Positions 27,177-37,388 are shown, numbered from the stretch's first letter. The stretch: 64,000 nucleotides of DNA from a virus (IMGVR_UViG_3300044614_000912:1-64000), one strand, 5' to 3'. Program-made: numbers and translations. Notes: generated from the sequence alone by a model not told the origin.

Positions 27177-27776
27177 ATGATAGACTTCAAAGACCCCGAA
27201 CATATAACATTAGTATTTAGTTTACTTGGTGGTTTAGGCACCTTCTGTAGTCTAATTTGGGTCAAAGCAATAAAGCCAATCATCAAGCTTCTTAAAAGTC
27301 AAGATGATCTCATCAACTCGTTGCAAGCAATAAAAAAAGAACTAACCACAAATGGTGGAAATAGTTTGAAAGATGCTGTTATAGATTTAAGAGTCACTAT
27401 AGGCAGAATGGAAACACGACAGAAAGTTATCGAACAAAGAACAAAAGCGGCTTTACATTATACTAAAGAAGCTCTTTTCGAAACTGATGATCACGGAAGA
27501 TTAGTCTGGACAAACTATAGCTTTTACGAATTAACTAGCGATTTAATAAATAGCGTCGATGGGTATGATTGGTTAAGTTATATCCACGAAGACGAAAGAG
27601 AAGAATTTTTTAGCGAATTCAAATCGTGCTTAGACATGAATAGAAAATTCGTTAAAATGACAAGAAACTGCGAGGACAAGGCCATAAAACTAATCGGTTT
27701 TCCGTATAAGATTAACGACAGTTCTCATGGTGGGTTTTTAATTAGTATCAGTATTTCAGACACAAAGGAGACTTAA
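27177..27776 (+). CDS. membrane protein with a C-terminal PAS domain
   Basis: TM helix, NGGNSLKD motif and coiled coil, then FETDDHGRLVWTN...GYDWLSYIHEDERE PAS signature. Confidence 0.8.
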   Translation: MIDFKDPEHITLVFSLLGGLGTFCSLIWVKAIKPIIKLLKSQDDLINSLQAIKKELTTNGGNSLKDAVIDLRVTIGRMETRQKVIEQRTKAALHYTKEALFETDDHGRLVWTNYSFYELTSDLINSVDGYDWLSYIHEDEREEFFSEFKSCLDMNRKFVKMTRNCEDKAIKLIGFPYKINDSSHGGFLISISISDTKET

Positions 27777-27777
27777 C

Positions 27778-27999
27778 ATGAACAACTACGGTTCAAAATC
27801 TTTTGCTCTAAATGCATATGATTTAGTATCAGTTGGCAAAAATGCTCTATTAGTAGGATTAGCTGCTGTTTTAACATATGTCGGTGAAAATCTCGCAAAG
27901 ATTGATCTTGGCAATATGTCAGCTTTAATCGTTCCAGTAGTAGCAGTTGTCATCAATACTGTAGTCAAATGGGCAAGAGATAACACAAAGGATAAGTAA
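27778..27999 (+). CDS. holin-like two-TM protein
   Basis: 73 aa, 2 TM helices, charged C-terminus. Confidence 0.6.
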   Translation: MNNYGSKSFALNAYDLVSVGKNALLVGLAAVLTYVGENLAKIDLGNMSALIVPVVAVVINTVVKWARDNTKDK

Positions 28000-28000
28000 T

Positions 28001-28918
28001 ATGTTTAAAACACCTAGAGATTTACTTAAAGCCTATAAAGACGGCTTTGTTGGATCATACTGTGACCCAAAAGATTTAGACAAATTACTTGGAGAGCTTC
28101 CACACCCATTATTCGGTGTGGCAGCACACGATTTGTTTGGCACTGGAAAGGGTAAACTAGCTTTACCTTTTAAGTCTTTATTACAGTTTGATCCAGCGTT
28201 TGGTCCATCAGAAAGACAGGTACAAGGCGATTGTGTTAGCCATGCAACTAGAAATGCTGTAGATGTGACCCGTAGTTGTGAAATATTAAACGGTGAACGA
28301 GAAGATTTCGTTGCCCGTGGAGCAACAGAGGGTATCTATGGTTCTAGAGGGCACGGCGGCGAGGGCATGACCTGTTCTGGTGCCGCACGATTTGTAAATC
28401 AAACGGGTGGAATATTATTACGACAAAAGTACGGCGACTACGATTTATCACAATACAGTGCCATTGGTGGTAAATGGGGCCGCTCTGGAGTTCCAGATGA
28501 ATTAGTTAAATATGCCCAAAAACATAAAGTTAAAACTATCAGCTTAATAAATACAATAGAACAAGCTAGAGATGCTATTGCTAATGGTTATTCTATTAGT
28601 GTTTGTAGTAATTCTGGATTCTCTTCAAGAAGAGATAAATATGGAGTAGCATCACGAAGTGGCTCTTGGAGTCACGCGATGGCTTGGATAGGTGTAGATG
28701 ATACACACGAAATTTATAATGAAACGCTATTCCTCATTCAGAATAGTTGGGGCGTATGGAATGGCGGTGAAAAACGTCATGATCAACCAGAAGGTAGTTT
28801 CTGGATAAGAGAACGCGATGCTGCTGAAATGTTAAATCAAAACGGTTCTTGGGTATTCAGCGATGTTGATGGATTCCCACCGCGAAAAGTAACTTGGACT
28901 TTAGATAAGGTGTTTTGA
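28001..28918 (+). CDS. papain-like cysteine peptidase (C1)
   Basis: QVQGDCVSHA, HAMAWIG, IQNSWG. Confidence 0.9.
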   Translation: MFKTPRDLLKAYKDGFVGSYCDPKDLDKLLGELPHPLFGVAAHDLFGTGKGKLALPFKSLLQFDPAFGPSERQVQGDCVSHATRNAVDVTRSCEILNGEREDFVARGATEGIYGSRGHGGEGMTCSGAARFVNQTGGILLRQKYGDYDLSQYSAIGGKWGRSGVPDELVKYAQKHKVKTISLINTIEQARDAIANGYSISVCSNSGFSSRRDKYGVASRSGSWSHAMAWIGVDDTHEIYNETLFLIQNSWGVWNGGEKRHDQPEGSFWIRERDAAEMLNQNGSWVFSDVDGFPPRKVTWTLDKVF

Positions 28919-31161
28919 TGCCAGAAAATGAACTAAATCCTTGTGATTCTCAAAAACAATTCTTGAAGATACAATTAAGAAGAGGAAATGAAACAGATTT
29001 CGTTTCTTATAATCCAGTTTTAGCTTCTGGTGAACCAGCCTTCGCTGTAGACACCAATATTCTTAAAATAGGTAATGGTATCGATACTTGGTCAGATTTA
29101 AGTCCAATTGGGTCTGGATCAACAGGGTCTGGAGGAGGACAAACATATGTATACAACCCTCTAGATAATAGAATTTTAACTAGCGACGGCAGCACATCTG
29201 GAATCAACGGTGAAAGCAATTTAACTTTTGATGGGACTTTATTAAATGTTAGCGGCAATTTAATTGCTCACAGTGGTACTTTTGATACAATCCAATTTGA
29301 CACAACGCCAGAAACGGTTGGTGGATATGGATCAATATTTTGGGATGATGGAGAAGGAATCTTACAAGAATATCTGAAGGGTGGCAATATTGCTTTATCT
29401 ATTGGTCAGGACTTAACCTCATTAGTCTATAATGCTGAAACCACAACATTAAATAAAGGTGAAGTTGTTTATATATTTGGCGCACAGGGGCAAAGAGTGT
29501 CTGTTAAAAGAGCATCTAGTGCATCAGACACAACATCAGCTAAAACATTTGGTATAGTAGCTGAAAATATATCAGCTGGTTCTGAAGGTTGGGTCATAAA
29601 TAGAGGCATCATTAGGGGAATAGACACTAATAGTTATAATGCTGGAGATATTTTATGGCTAGGAAATACCCCCGGAACATACACAACAACAAAGAATTAT
29701 GCCCCAGAACATCTTGTGTTTGTTGGCGTTGTTCTCAAAAAGAACTCTAGTTCGGGAAGAATATACGTCGCCATACAAAATGGTTATGAATTAGAAGAAC
29801 TTCACAATGTCGCTACAAATGGAGCTACTAACGGTCAATTTCTACAATACAACAGCGGCAGTGGACTATGGGTTCCAAGTTCTAGTGGAAATTTTTCAAC
29901 CCTTATTGCTAATAGTGGATTGTTCAAAACTATAGATATCGATGGTAATACTGGTAATGAAACTGGTAATACTCAATTATTTTTAAATGGGACCAATGGT
30001 AATAGAATTGATTTTAATGCTAGTGGAGTAGCAGCGCCAGCTTTTACAACAAATAGAAGTCTTGGTACTAAAATTGTTTTATCACCAAATGTTGCTTCTA
30101 ATCAAGTAGAATATGCATTAGGCATAGAAGCTGGAGCTATGTGGTTTTCTATACCCATATCTACATCTAGGGCTTTTAAATGGTATGCTGGAACGAATAA
30201 TATAGCAACATTATTTGGAAATGGAACGCTTAATATAGAGGGTACTACTAGTCAAATAAATGTAGATGATCTTAGATTAGATAACAATATTTTATCTATA
30301 GCCACAGCAAACACAGATTTAATAGTTAGTCCAAATGGGGCTGGTGCATTATTAGCAGACACTAGCGGAAATACTAGAGGTATTTATAGCAATGACTTTC
30401 AAAGAGTCAGAACTTCTGTTTCGGGAGTGGCGGCTGGAACCTATAGCGTTATAGGTGGAGGGTCCGATAATCGTACCGCTAATAGTTATTCAACCGTTGT
30501 TGGTGGACAAACTAATATAGCTACCGGTAATTGGTCAACAGTATGCGGAGGTGACTTAAATAATGCTACCGGTAGTAGATCAGTTATTTGCGGTGGTACT
30601 TCCAATACAGCGTCAGCCACATCTTCATCTATAGGGGGTGGATCAAATAACATCGCCAACGGAGTATATTCATTCGTGCCGGGAGGATTTAGAGGAAAAG
30701 CCACTAGGCAGGGAGAATTAAGTCACGCTGCTGGCTTATTTAATAGTGCCGGTGATGCCCAGCACACTATCCTAATTGGTAGAAGATTAACCACGGATGA
30801 CACTCAACAAATATTGACCCTCAATGGATCAACTCCAGCAGCAGATAATATTTTCTCTATTCCTGCACAAACATGTTGGGCTTTTGATATCAAATTAAGT
30901 GCTTACAACGTAACGAATCATCAAGGCGGATGGTGGACATTTAGGGGAGGAATTAGACGAAATAATGCTAATTCAACAGTTTTGATAGGAACCGTAGTAG
31001 CAAGTAGTGGTGTTGAAAGTAGTATAGCAACATCTATAGCTGATGTTGTTGCTGATGATACCAATGAAGCATTAGAAATAAGAATAACTGGTGTTGCTGG
31101 CAAAAATATTCGTTGGGTAGGAGTTGTAGATTTTAGTCAAGTTAGTTATGGCACACCATAA
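28918..31161 (+). CDS. tail fibre / adhesin with Mtd-like N-terminal domain
   Basis: IQLRRG..NPVLASGEP..DTN.LKIGNG; C-terminal S..GG..N.A repeats. Confidence 0.82.
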   Translation: MPENELNPCDSQKQFLKIQLRRGNETDFVSYNPVLASGEPAFAVDTNILKIGNGIDTWSDLSPIGSGSTGSGGGQTYVYNPLDNRILTSDGSTSGINGESNLTFDGTLLNVSGNLIAHSGTFDTIQFDTTPETVGGYGSIFWDDGEGILQEYLKGGNIALSIGQDLTSLVYNAETTTLNKGEVVYIFGAQGQRVSVKRASSASDTTSAKTFGIVAENISAGSEGWVINRGIIRGIDTNSYNAGDILWLGNTPGTYTTTKNYAPEHLVFVGVVLKKNSSSGRIYVAIQNGYELEELHNVATNGATNGQFLQYNSGSGLWVPSSSGNFSTLIANSGLFKTIDIDGNTGNETGNTQLFLNGTNGNRIDFNASGVAAPAFTTNRSLGTKIVLSPNVASNQVEYALGIEAGAMWFSIPISTSRAFKWYAGTNNIATLFGNGTLNIEGTTSQINVDDLRLDNNILSIATANTDLIVSPNGAGALLADTSGNTRGIYSNDFQRVRTSVSGVAAGTYSVIGGGSDNRTANSYSTVVGGQTNIATGNWSTVCGGDLNNATGSRSVICGGTSNTASATSSSIGGGSNNIANGVYSFVPGGFRGKATRQGELSHAAGLFNSAGDAQHTILIGRRLTTDDTQQILTLNGSTPAADNIFSIPAQTCWAFDIKLSAYNVTNHQGGWWTFRGGIRRNNANSTVLIGTVVASSGVESSIATSIADVVADDTNEALEIRITGVAGKNIRWVGVVDFSQVSYGTP

Positions 31162-31175
31162 TATAGGAGAAAATA

Positions 31176-31520
31176 ATGAGTATATTAAACAATGAATCAA
31201 TAAATCAACCGCAGCCAGCAGAATTAGCTGCCCAAAGATTGATACAAATCACTAGACATACTTATCAACAAATGGTAAACGCCTTCAATCAAGGGTCTGA
31301 AATATTCTGGCGTAATGGAAACGGTGCGTCCCCATCAGATATATCTTCTGCATTAGGAACAAATGCTAAAGAAATATTTGAACTACACTATGCTATCGGT
31401 ACATTAATAGGCAGCGTGAGTCCAGAAAGCATTCAAGAAGGATTATCATTAGTTGGTCAATTTACCATAAATGAAGATGGTACAGTCACAGTTATTGAAT
31501 CTAATACACCAACCGAATAG
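31176..31520 (+). CDS. putative tail-fibre partner/chaperone
   Basis: Directly follows the fibre gene; AGGAG RBS. Confidence 0.6.
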   Translation: MSILNNESINQPQPAELAAQRLIQITRHTYQQMVNAFNQGSEIFWRNGNGASPSDISSALGTNAKEIFELHYAIGTLIGSVSPESIQEGLSLVGQFTINEDGTVTVIESNTPTE

Positions 31521-31599
31521 CATAATTGTGTGCTGCTAAAACTAGCTAGATACAGTATAATCAATATTGGATCACCATAAATTACGAAAGGATCAAATA

Positions 31600-32007
31600 A
31601 TGATTATCAATCAGATCAACTTAAACGACGCTCTTGGTATATTAATCAAAAATGATACATTTTATACCCGTTTAACAACTGATTTTCCAGATATTTTAGC
31701 GGACCTAACCACATTCAAAACTAATCCTAATTGCACATGCAGAGGTAGAGTTGTAAAGTATTTTTCAGACAAACTAAACGAAGACCCCAATCTATTAGAC
31801 AAATATGTGGATAATCCGCAGGATTTGCAAAACCAGATAGCAATAATTCAAAATCAAAGAATTCAAAACAATTATGCTGGCAAAGTATTCACAGTAGATA
31901 AGGGTGAAGAAGCTTGGCTAGCATTCTCCCAAACATTATCTGGTAAGATGTATAGAACATTTTCAATAGTAGACAATGGAGAAAACCTTACCGTTTATCT
32001 ACTATGA
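31600..32007 (+). CDS. hypothetical protein (NPNCTCR motif)
   Basis: ORF track. Confidence 0.7.
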   Translation: MIINQINLNDALGILIKNDTFYTRLTTDFPDILADLTTFKTNPNCTCRGRVVKYFSDKLNEDPNLLDKYVDNPQDLQNQIAIIQNQRIQNNYAGKVFTVDKGEEAWLAFSQTLSGKMYRTFSIVDNGENLTVYLL

Positions 32008-32291
32008 CCGAATTATTGACCTATTTAATATGCTGTTTAGGTGTATCTTATGGATGGAGCGACACAGAAGCTAGTCGCCCTATAAGAAATCAAATAGCAA
32101 AATTACCTTATATTAATAAACCCTTATTATGCCACGAATGTTCTAGCTTTTGGATCAGCTTATTACTTAGCGTATTTATCAATCCATTGGAATCATACTG
32201 TTGTCCAGTAGTTAGCAATGTGTTGAGTGCTTTCTGTGGATTCTTCGTTAACTTATATTTCACAAGAAAACAGATAATACCATACCTATAA
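32004..32291 (+). CDS. membrane protein with CxxC-W motif (DUF1360-like)
   Basis: LLCHECSSFWIS, hydrophobic. Confidence 0.65.
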   Translation: MTELLTYLICCLGVSYGWSDTEASRPIRNQIAKLPYINKPLLCHECSSFWISLLLSVFINPLESYCCPVVSNVLSAFCGFFVNLYFTRKQIIPYL

Positions 32292-32301
32292 GGAGACTAA
32301 C

Positions 32302-32526
32302 ATGGCGATAACAACAGTAGATGTAGTAACAAATGTGGTGAGTGGCAATGAATCCCAAAAAACTGGCACAGTAGTGGTATGCTGCCAAAGAACGGGTACA
32401 TTTGATACTATCAACCCAACATACGAAAAGAATATATCTTATAATACCCTAGAAGACAGATATACCGATAGATTTGATGATGTAACATACTACACCGTTG
32501 GCACTAACACAATAGTAGGTGGTTAA
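32302..32526 (+). CDS. hypothetical virion-associated protein
   Basis: AGGAG RBS. Confidence 0.65.
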   Translation: MAITTVDVVTNVVSGNESQKTGTVVVCCQRTGTFDTINPTYEKNISYNTLEDRYTDRFDDVTYYTVGTNTIVGG

Positions 32527-34233
32527 ATGAGTATTAAACGAATAAAAGACTTTCCAGATGGAAGCGGTTCATTGTCCAATGACGATATTATGTTATTTAT
32601 GGATAGCCCATCTGGTAGTGGAGTTACTAAAAAAATCAGTCTTAGTCAATTAGCTACTGTTATCGGCGGTGGAGGTGGAAGTTCATTTGATCAAGATTTG
32701 AATACAACAGATACCCCTACATTTGTTGGTGTAAATCTATCAAACGGAACCACTCTAGCTCAAGGAACTTTTGACAACTCAACTGGTGGTCAAAGTGGTA
32801 TCAGTTTGAATTGTTATGTTGGCTATGAGTTGAATTGGCAAGGCGGTCATTTAAAAAGTACCACTGATGGAGGCTCAACAGCAGCTAACATTTGGTGTGA
32901 TTCTTCATTAGAATTTCCCGGCGTCGGGACTTCTAACATGGAAGTCGGTGCCAAAGGATTAACTTTTCCAGACGGAAGCATCCAAGTAACATCTAGCGAT
33001 CCTATGACAAAAGGACCACAACAAAACCCACTTGGCATGGCCCGAATTGTAACAATTAGCACTAGCGAATTTGTTGCATACGTAAAATCTACAACCGGAT
33101 ATATTGGTGTCCGCTCATGGGATGGAACTTTTACTCTATTTGGCGACGGTTCCGACATTACTCATTACATTACATTAAGTATTCCATTAGAAGGTAGCTG
33201 GAGTGGTCCTTCTCCTAAAGAAATTTTTATTTGGAGTACTGATAGTAGCGGTCTAAGCCAAGACGGCGACTTAACATGGATAAATGTTAGCAATTCAAAT
33301 AATAAGGTTACTGCTCTAGACATTAGTGGCTTGAATGCACTTACTAATTTATATTGCGCTAATAACCTTCTCACATCGCTCAATCTCAGCGGATTGACAG
33401 CGCTTACTCGTCTAGAATGCAATAATAATTTTCTTACCGCATTGGATATTAGCGGTCTGACAGCATTAGATACTGTATTTTGTTATAACAACTCAATTAT
33501 TACTAGATTGAATGCGAAGGGAGCCACATCGCTGACCCATTTGCGTTGTTATAATAATTCCATCACATCGTTAGAACTTAGCGGAACAGCTTTAGAAATT
33601 CTATTGACCGATAGTAATGCCCTTGTCGAGTTAGATGTTAGTGAATTAACAACATTAGAGCAATTGTCATGTAATAATAATTCTCTTACCTCATTAAATG
33701 TAAGCGGATTAACATCACTAGGTTATTTAGACTGTTCTAATAATTCTCTCGCCACACTGAATGTCGGTGGATTGACAGTATTAGGTATTTTAAATTGCTC
33801 TAACAATTCCATTACTACATTGAATGTTAGTGGATTAACGTCACTAAGTAACTTAAATTGTTCAGATAATTCAATAACATCTATAAATGCAAGCGGGGCA
33901 ACTTCATTGAGTAGTCTAAATTGTGCTAATAATTTTATCGTTTCTCTAGACGTTAGCGGATTTACAGCGTTAACGACTCTATATTGTTCGGATAATTCCC
34001 TTACTTCGTTACGTGCTACTGGTGTTGCACTTGGAGGGTCTTCGGGCTATACATATGGATTGATTTATGGAGGAGATATAAGCGATAATTCTTTATCTGC
34101 GGGAGCTTTGAATCAATTCTATTCCGACCTTGCTTCAAGTGCTGGCTTTTTGAATGTTGCTAACAATCCCGGTACAAGTAGTGATAACCCCACTATTGCA
34201 ACAGCCAAGGGTTATACTGTCTACGGAAGTTAA
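32527..34233 (+). CDS. leucine-rich-repeat protein with a fibre-type N-terminal module
   Basis: About 11 repeats of LxxLxCxNNxLTxLxVSG (21 aa); N-terminus KRIKDFP...VTKKISL. Confidence 0.88.
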   Translation: MSIKRIKDFPDGSGSLSNDDIMLFMDSPSGSGVTKKISLSQLATVIGGGGGSSFDQDLNTTDTPTFVGVNLSNGTTLAQGTFDNSTGGQSGISLNCYVGYELNWQGGHLKSTTDGGSTAANIWCDSSLEFPGVGTSNMEVGAKGLTFPDGSIQVTSSDPMTKGPQQNPLGMARIVTISTSEFVAYVKSTTGYIGVRSWDGTFTLFGDGSDITHYITLSIPLEGSWSGPSPKEIFIWSTDSSGLSQDGDLTWINVSNSNNKVTALDISGLNALTNLYCANNLLTSLNLSGLTALTRLECNNNFLTALDISGLTALDTVFCYNNSIITRLNAKGATSLTHLRCYNNSITSLELSGTALEILLTDSNALVELDVSELTTLEQLSCNNNSLTSLNVSGLTSLGYLDCSNNSLATLNVGGLTVLGILNCSNNSITTLNVSGLTSLSNLNCSDNSITSINASGATSLSSLNCANNFIVSLDVSGFTALTTLYCSDNSLTSLRATGVALGGSSGYTYGLIYGGDISDNSLSAGALNQFYSDLASSAGFLNVANNPGTSSDNPTIATAKGYTVYGS

Positions 34234-34245
34234 TCATTACAACAA

Positions 34246-35121
34246 ATGGAGTCTATATTTATGTATTTTATTACACCACTTTATTCTGTTGCATTTAATG
34301 CAAAAGTAGCTTCTAGTACATTATCACGCGCTATTATCGCCACATTTTATCCAGAACAAGAATCGACAATTCAAAACGCTGCTTATCCTGCGGGAAAAGG
34401 ACCGGACAATACTCAGGCTCATTGGCTTTGCCCACGCGAAGAAAAACCTAGCAAGCCAATAGTTCTTATAATTCGAAATCCAATTTCACGTTTTTGCTCT
34501 GCAATGGCAGAGGCAGGCTTAACTGATGTTAATGCCGTTTTGAATGCACTTGAACAAGATAAAGAAATTAAATTTCGAAAAGTATCTCGCAAAATACGAA
34601 CAGACGTTCATTTTAAACATCAATTCACATTTGCTCAACCTTCCGCGAAGGTTTTTAAATTGGAAGACCTTAATTCAGCTGCGGCTTATATTGGTTTAAC
34701 ATTACCTCTTCCCGTTATTAATGAGGCGTCCGAAGAAAAACCCACACTAACTCCAGAACAAGAATCCAGAGTAATAGCTTATTATTCTGAAGATCAATCT
34801 CTTTATGAAGCTATTCCAAATAATGGCATGGACTACACTTATGTTCCTCCATCGCCAGAGCCAATTATTTTACCCGTACCTCAAAGCATCACAGCAACCC
34901 AAATTCGCCTTTGGTTGATACGTAATGGAATAACAATGGGACAAATTACCGATGCTATTTCTGCCATTGTTGATTCTCAAACAAGATCAGAAGCAGAAGT
35001 ATTGTGGGAATATGCGCCGTATGTTGAAAGAACAAATCCGCTCGTAGCACTTATCGCGTCTAACTTCAGCATGGATAATGATACAATTGATCAAGCGTTC
35101 CGAGAGGCTGCTAAATTATAA
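34246..35121 (+). CDS. sulfotransferase-family domain fused to a tail-assembly-like domain
   Basis: AKVASST (5'-PSB-like), IRNPISRFCSA (3'-PB), HF.HQ; C-terminal PQSITATQIRLWL...WEYA...DQAF. Confidence 0.75.
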   Translation: MESIFMYFITPLYSVAFNAKVASSTLSRAIIATFYPEQESTIQNAAYPAGKGPDNTQAHWLCPREEKPSKPIVLIIRNPISRFCSAMAEAGLTDVNAVLNALEQDKEIKFRKVSRKIRTDVHFKHQFTFAQPSAKVFKLEDLNSAAAYIGLTLPLPVINEASEEKPTLTPEQESRVIAYYSEDQSLYEAIPNNGMDYTYVPPSPEPIILPVPQSITATQIRLWLIRNGITMGQITDAISAIVDSQTRSEAEVLWEYAPYVERTNPLVALIASNFSMDNDTIDQAFREAAKL

Positions 35122-35142
35122 AATCTAATTAAAAGGTATTTT

Positions 35143-35814
35143 ATGGCTAATGTAATTAAAATAACCGAACTCCCATCAGCAACATCTATAACTAGCGATG
35201 ATCTATTAGTTATAGTTGATAGTGGTAATCCATATGTAACAAAAAAGATTAGTTGGAAAGACATTGATTCTCCACAAGATGGGATCATTTATGGAAGAAA
35301 AGATGGCAATTGGATTGATATGACTAGCCCCGCTAATTTACAAATCAGAAGAGGGACGGCGGCAGAAGTGGGAGCAATCACCCCGCTACAGGGTGAACCA
35401 GTATGGAAAACCGATGAAAAGTCATTAGTTGTTGGAGATGGTCAGACCGCTGGAGGAATTGTTGTCGGCCCAAAGGCAGCAAAAACAATTTTAAATTTGA
35501 GTGGATTTACAAATGCAACAATACCAATAACTACTACTATACCTCCCGATATAATAAGGCTATCAGCAACATTTCCATTCGATTTATGGGCAATAACTGC
35601 CCCAAATGCTTGTTATGAAATATTATTAATAAATGTTGGCTCTGTAACAGTAACAATAAAACATCATACGGCAACTTATGGGGGAAACCCAGCCTTTACA
35701 CCTATTGCTGTAGATCGAATTATTACACCAAATGGTTCCAATTACACGCTAGCCGCAGCGTATTCTGTTAGATTAATATACGATACTGTTACTCAGAGAT
35801 GGAGAATAACTTGA
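35143..35814 (+). CDS. tail fibre protein (Mtd-N-like motif)
   Basis: KITELP...TKKIS, LQIRRGT..PLQGEP...VGDG. Confidence 0.75.
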   Translation: MANVIKITELPSATSITSDDLLVIVDSGNPYVTKKISWKDIDSPQDGIIYGRKDGNWIDMTSPANLQIRRGTAAEVGAITPLQGEPVWKTDEKSLVVGDGQTAGGIVVGPKAAKTILNLSGFTNATIPITTTIPPDIIRLSATFPFDLWAITAPNACYEILLINVGSVTVTIKHHTATYGGNPAFTPIAVDRIITPNGSNYTLAAAYSVRLIYDTVTQRWRIT

Positions 35815-37049
35815 TGGCTGTGCTTGATGCTGTAAATCATCCAATAAATTGTGGTTTAGCAAACTCTACCTTTACTAGACAATTTGAGAAACAAACTATC
35901 TCAAATAGGTCTTTTGATATAGAGGCCATAGAAAAAAAACGAATTACCTCTGCTGGTTCATCTTCTACCATAACTGTAAATGATAAATCAGTTTTACGAA
36001 ATGTTAGCACAGCATATGTAACTGATTTCATTGTGAAACTCATAAATAGAATACCATCTAATAATACTATAACTTTCTCTTCGGATAATCCCACAGTCTT
36101 GTCGCACCCTGTAGAATCTAATATCGACACACAAATTGCTACCTATCAATCAAATGGAAATTGCACATTAAGAGTTACTTCTAATAATGGCGAGGTATCA
36201 TTAATTAATGTCACTACATCTAGCGCATCGTCTGCAACGGTTGATACCTTTTTAAATTGGGTAACAAATTCTTTAGCTTTGCATTGTGAGCAGCAAATAG
36301 ATTCTCGTTTATCTGGCGATATGACAGTTTATTCATCGCAGGATTCTATCAACGGTAACACTTTTATACGTAATCAAAATTGTTGGATTAGTGATATAGA
36401 TTTAACTTGTATTTCTCCTTGGAATAGTACAGGTCGAAACACTATGGGTGGCACTTTGATCAGTCGTAGACATGTTTTATTTTGCGAACATCTTAACTTT
36501 CGTCCAGAAATCGGAGCTACTATTAAATTTGTAACTTCTGACAATACTGTTATATCTCGCACAATTACAAACAGATTGACACACCCATCTTATGTTCCAT
36601 ACTATCCAGATATCTGCATAGGAGTATTAGATTCTGATGTTCCCTTATCAATTTCTTTTGCTAAAGTCCTTCCATCAAATTGGCGAACATATTTACCTTC
36701 CCTTTCAACATCTTCTAGTATACCCGTTTTAAGACTAAATCAAAACGAAAGGGCAAGTGTGGCAAATTGGCGAGGTTCATTCGGCAATTTGGGGTCATTT
36801 TTTTTACAATACCCATCTTCTACCTTGAGACAATCATACTATGAAAACATAATCACGGGGGATTCGGGTAATCCGGTCTTATTAATAATTGATGGAGATT
36901 TGGTAGTTCTTGGAACATTTACTTCTGGAGGTGCTGGCGGCGGAACTCTAGTAAGTGACCACATAACTGCTATTAATACTATGATGACTACTTTGGGTGG
37001 CGGTTATCAACTCACACAAATCGATCTTTCTAGTTTCAACTCATATTAA
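35814..37049 (+). CDS. virion-associated trypsin-like serine protease with an Ig-like N-terminus
   Basis: GTLISRRHVLFCEH, DICIG, GDSGNP. Confidence 0.8.
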   Translation: MAVLDAVNHPINCGLANSTFTRQFEKQTISNRSFDIEAIEKKRITSAGSSSTITVNDKSVLRNVSTAYVTDFIVKLINRIPSNNTITFSSDNPTVLSHPVESNIDTQIATYQSNGNCTLRVTSNNGEVSLINVTTSSASSATVDTFLNWVTNSLALHCEQQIDSRLSGDMTVYSSQDSINGNTFIRNQNCWISDIDLTCISPWNSTGRNTMGGTLISRRHVLFCEHLNFRPEIGATIKFVTSDNTVISRTITNRLTHPSYVPYYPDICIGVLDSDVPLSISFAKVLPSNWRTYLPSLSTSSSIPVLRLNQNERASVANWRGSFGNLGSFFLQYPSSTLRQSYYENIITGDSGNPVLLIIDGDLVVLGTFTSGGAGGGTLVSDHITAINTMMTTLGGGYQLTQIDLSSFNSY

Positions 37050-37061
37050 GGGTAAATTACA

Positions 37062-37388
37062 ATGAAAAAATATATGCTATTATTAGTACTGATATTAACT
37101 GGATGCTCAAATAATATGTTTTGTGTCAATCCAGAAGATATAACTAATATGTACTCTTCTTATGTAAACGAATGGCAAGAAAAGGCAAAAACATCATTTG
37201 ATAAAGCGGAAGCCGAGGTCTTCGTTATTAAACCCAAGCCAGACGATGTTGTTGGTCCAAATCCAGATGTATCAAAGTGCGTTTGTAAAGGCACTGGTAT
37301 AATAGTACAGGGAGATGGACACAAAACACCATGCCCGTTTCATCACAAAGGCGATATTCCATCGCAAAAACTTCCTGTTAGAAAATGA
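37062..37388 (+). CDS. lipoprotein with a C-terminal Cys/His cluster
   Basis: Lipobox LTGC; CVCKGTG...GDGH..CPFH. Confidence 0.75.
   Translation: MKKYMLLLVLILTGCSNNMFCVNPEDITNMYSSYVNEWQEKAKTSFDKAEAEVFVIKPKPDDVVGPNPDVSKCVCKGTGIIVQGDGHKTPCPFHHKGDIPSQKLPVRK

Noticed and set aside
28918-31161. Diversity-generating retroelement suggested by Mtd-like N-termini
   Set aside because: No reverse transcriptase, no TR/VR pair and no C-type lectin tip were seen in this window.
33300-34020. Periodic ~63-nt DNA repeats
   Set aside because: They are explained by LRR coding repeats and are degenerate at synonymous sites, so this is not an array.
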